Positions 62,397 to 64,000 of a stretch of 64,000 nt of DNA are shown piece by piece (within the stretch, counting starts at the first letter, position 1; each line of letters starts with the position of its first letter). The position numbers were made by a program, and so were the translations under genes. Location of the stretch: positions 62,001 through 126,000 of the forward strand of contig JAXLNO010003683.1 in the NCBI GenBank assembly GCA_038087875.1, given 5' to 3'. This stretch comes from Malacoraja senta (Eukaryota). The notes beneath the pieces are model-generated. The model did not search any database. It saw nothing but the letters and a program-made list of their open reading frames with translations, and was not told where the DNA came from.

Positions 62397-63105
62397 CAAG
62401 TTCAAGTTCAAGTGAGTTTATTGTCATGTGTCCCTGATAGGACAATGAAATTCTTGCTTTGCTCCAGCACAACAGAACATAGAAGGCATTGACTACAAAA
62501 CAGATCAGTGTGTCCATATATCATTATATAAATGTATACACACATGAATAAATAAACTGATAAAGTGCAAATAACAGATAATGGGCTATTAATGTTCATA
62601 GTTTTGTCCGAGCCAAGTTTAATAGCCTGATGGCTGTGGGGAAGTAGCTATTCCTGAACCTGGTCATTGCAGTCTTCAGGCTCCTGTACCTTCTACCTGA
62701 AGGTAGCAGGGAGATGAGTGTGTGGCTTGGATGGTGTGGGACCTTGATGATACTGCCAGCCTTTTTGAGGCAGCGACTGCGATAGATCCACTCGATGGAA
62801 GGGAGGTCAGAGCCGATGATGGACTGGGCAGTGTTTACTACTCTTTGTAGTCTTTTCCTCTCCAGGGCCGCTCAAGTTGCCGAACCAAGCCACGATGCAA
62901 CCGGTCAGCATGCTCTCTACTGTGCACCTGTAGAAGTTAGGGAGAGTCCTCCTTGACAAACCGACTCTCCGTAATCTTCTCAGGAAGTAGAGGCGCTGAT
63001 GTGCTTTCTTAATAGTAGCATCAGTGTTCTCGGACCTGGAAAGATCTTCAGAGATGTGCATGCCCAGGAATTTAAAGCTCTTGACCCTTTCAACCATCGA
63101 CCCAG
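62397..63105 (-). mobile_element. Rex1/Babar LINE 3' fragment
   Basis: MVERVKSFKFLGMHISEDLS..CTVESMLTGC; 3'UTR nearly identical to 12010-12190; (CTTGAA)n tail. Confidence 0.92.
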
Positions 63106-63269
63106 ATTTGGGACTGGGAGCAATTGCGAGGATCGGGGACAGAAAGATATTTTCGGTTGGCAGTCAACCATGAGTCAGCAGAGTGTAATTCAATGGGAAA
63201 AAAATACACAAAGTGCTGCAGTAACTCAGTGGGTCAGGCAGCATCTCTGGAGAACTTGTATAGAAACAT

Positions 63270-64000
63270 AGAAAATAGGTGCAGGAGTAGGCTATTTGGC
63301 CCTTCGAGCTAGCACTGCCATTCAATATGATCATGGCTAATCATCCACAATCAGTACCCTGTTCCTGCTTTCTTCCCATATCCCTCTATCCCATTAGTGC
63401 TAAGAGCTATATTTAACTCCCTTGAAAACATCCAGAGAATTGGCCTCCACTTCCTTCTGTGGCAGAGAATTCGAGATTCACAACTCTCTGGCTGAAAAAG
63501 CTTTCCCTCATCTCAGTCCTAAATGGCCACAGTATTCTCAAACTGTGACCCCTGGTTCTGAACTCCCCCAACATTGGAAACATATTTCCTGCACCTAGCC
63601 TATCCAATTCATTATGAACTTTATATGTTTCTATAAGATATCCTCTCATCCTTCTAAATTCCAGTGAATATAAGCACAGTCGATCCATTCTTTCATCATA
63701 TGTCAGTCCCGCCATCCCTGGAATTAACCTGGTGAACCTACGTTGCACCCTCTCAATAGTAAGAATGTCCTTCCTCAAATTAGGTGACCAAAACTGCACA
63801 CAATAATCCAGGTGTAGTCTCACCAGGTCCCTGTACAACTGCAGTAGGAACTCCTTGCTCCCATACTCAAATCCTCCAGCTATGAAGGCCAACATGCCAT
63901 TTGCTTTCTTCACTGCCTACTGTACCTGCAAGCTTACTTTCTGTGACTGATGTACAAGGACACCCAGGTCTCGTTGCGCCTCCCATTTTCCTAACCTGAC
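63270..64000 (-). mobile_element. CR1 LINE 3' fragment
   Basis: ORF 63413-63913 KKANGMLAFI..LYRDLVRLHLDYCVQFWSP. Confidence 0.92.

Overview
Vertebrate genomic DNA, almost certainly from a cartilaginous fish (shark/skate/ray). This rests on HE1-like V-SINEs with HER1/CR1 tails and an elasmobranch-style MHC class I gene. The window is repeat-dense and has four N gaps. Two host genes are supported. (1) The 3' half of an MHC class I heavy-chain gene on + (alpha-3 Ig-C1, TM and two cytoplasmic exons, all phase-compatible, plus a probable 3'UTR exon with AATAAA). It sits inside a ~23 kb imperfect inverted duplication whose left arm carries an oppositely oriented copy of the same 3'UTR, suggesting a head-to-head class I pair whose 5' halves are lost in the 200-N gap at ~6 kb. 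(2) A five-exon ZSWIM3-like (MULE-transposase-derived, SWIM finger) gene on - at 48.6-60.4 kb, with four frameshifts that all lie in homopolymer runs. The rest is mobile DNA: CR1, Rex1/Babar, chromoviral Ty3/gypsy, a DIRS1-like element with intact termini/ICR and a nested Penelope-like element (PLE), V-SINEs, and many PLE-derived ends carrying minimal hammerhead-ribozyme motifs, including fold-back pairs and a tandem triplet. A near-identical 3.65 kb tandem duplication is also present. Splice sites, motifs and alignments were read by eye, and repeat boundaries are approximate.
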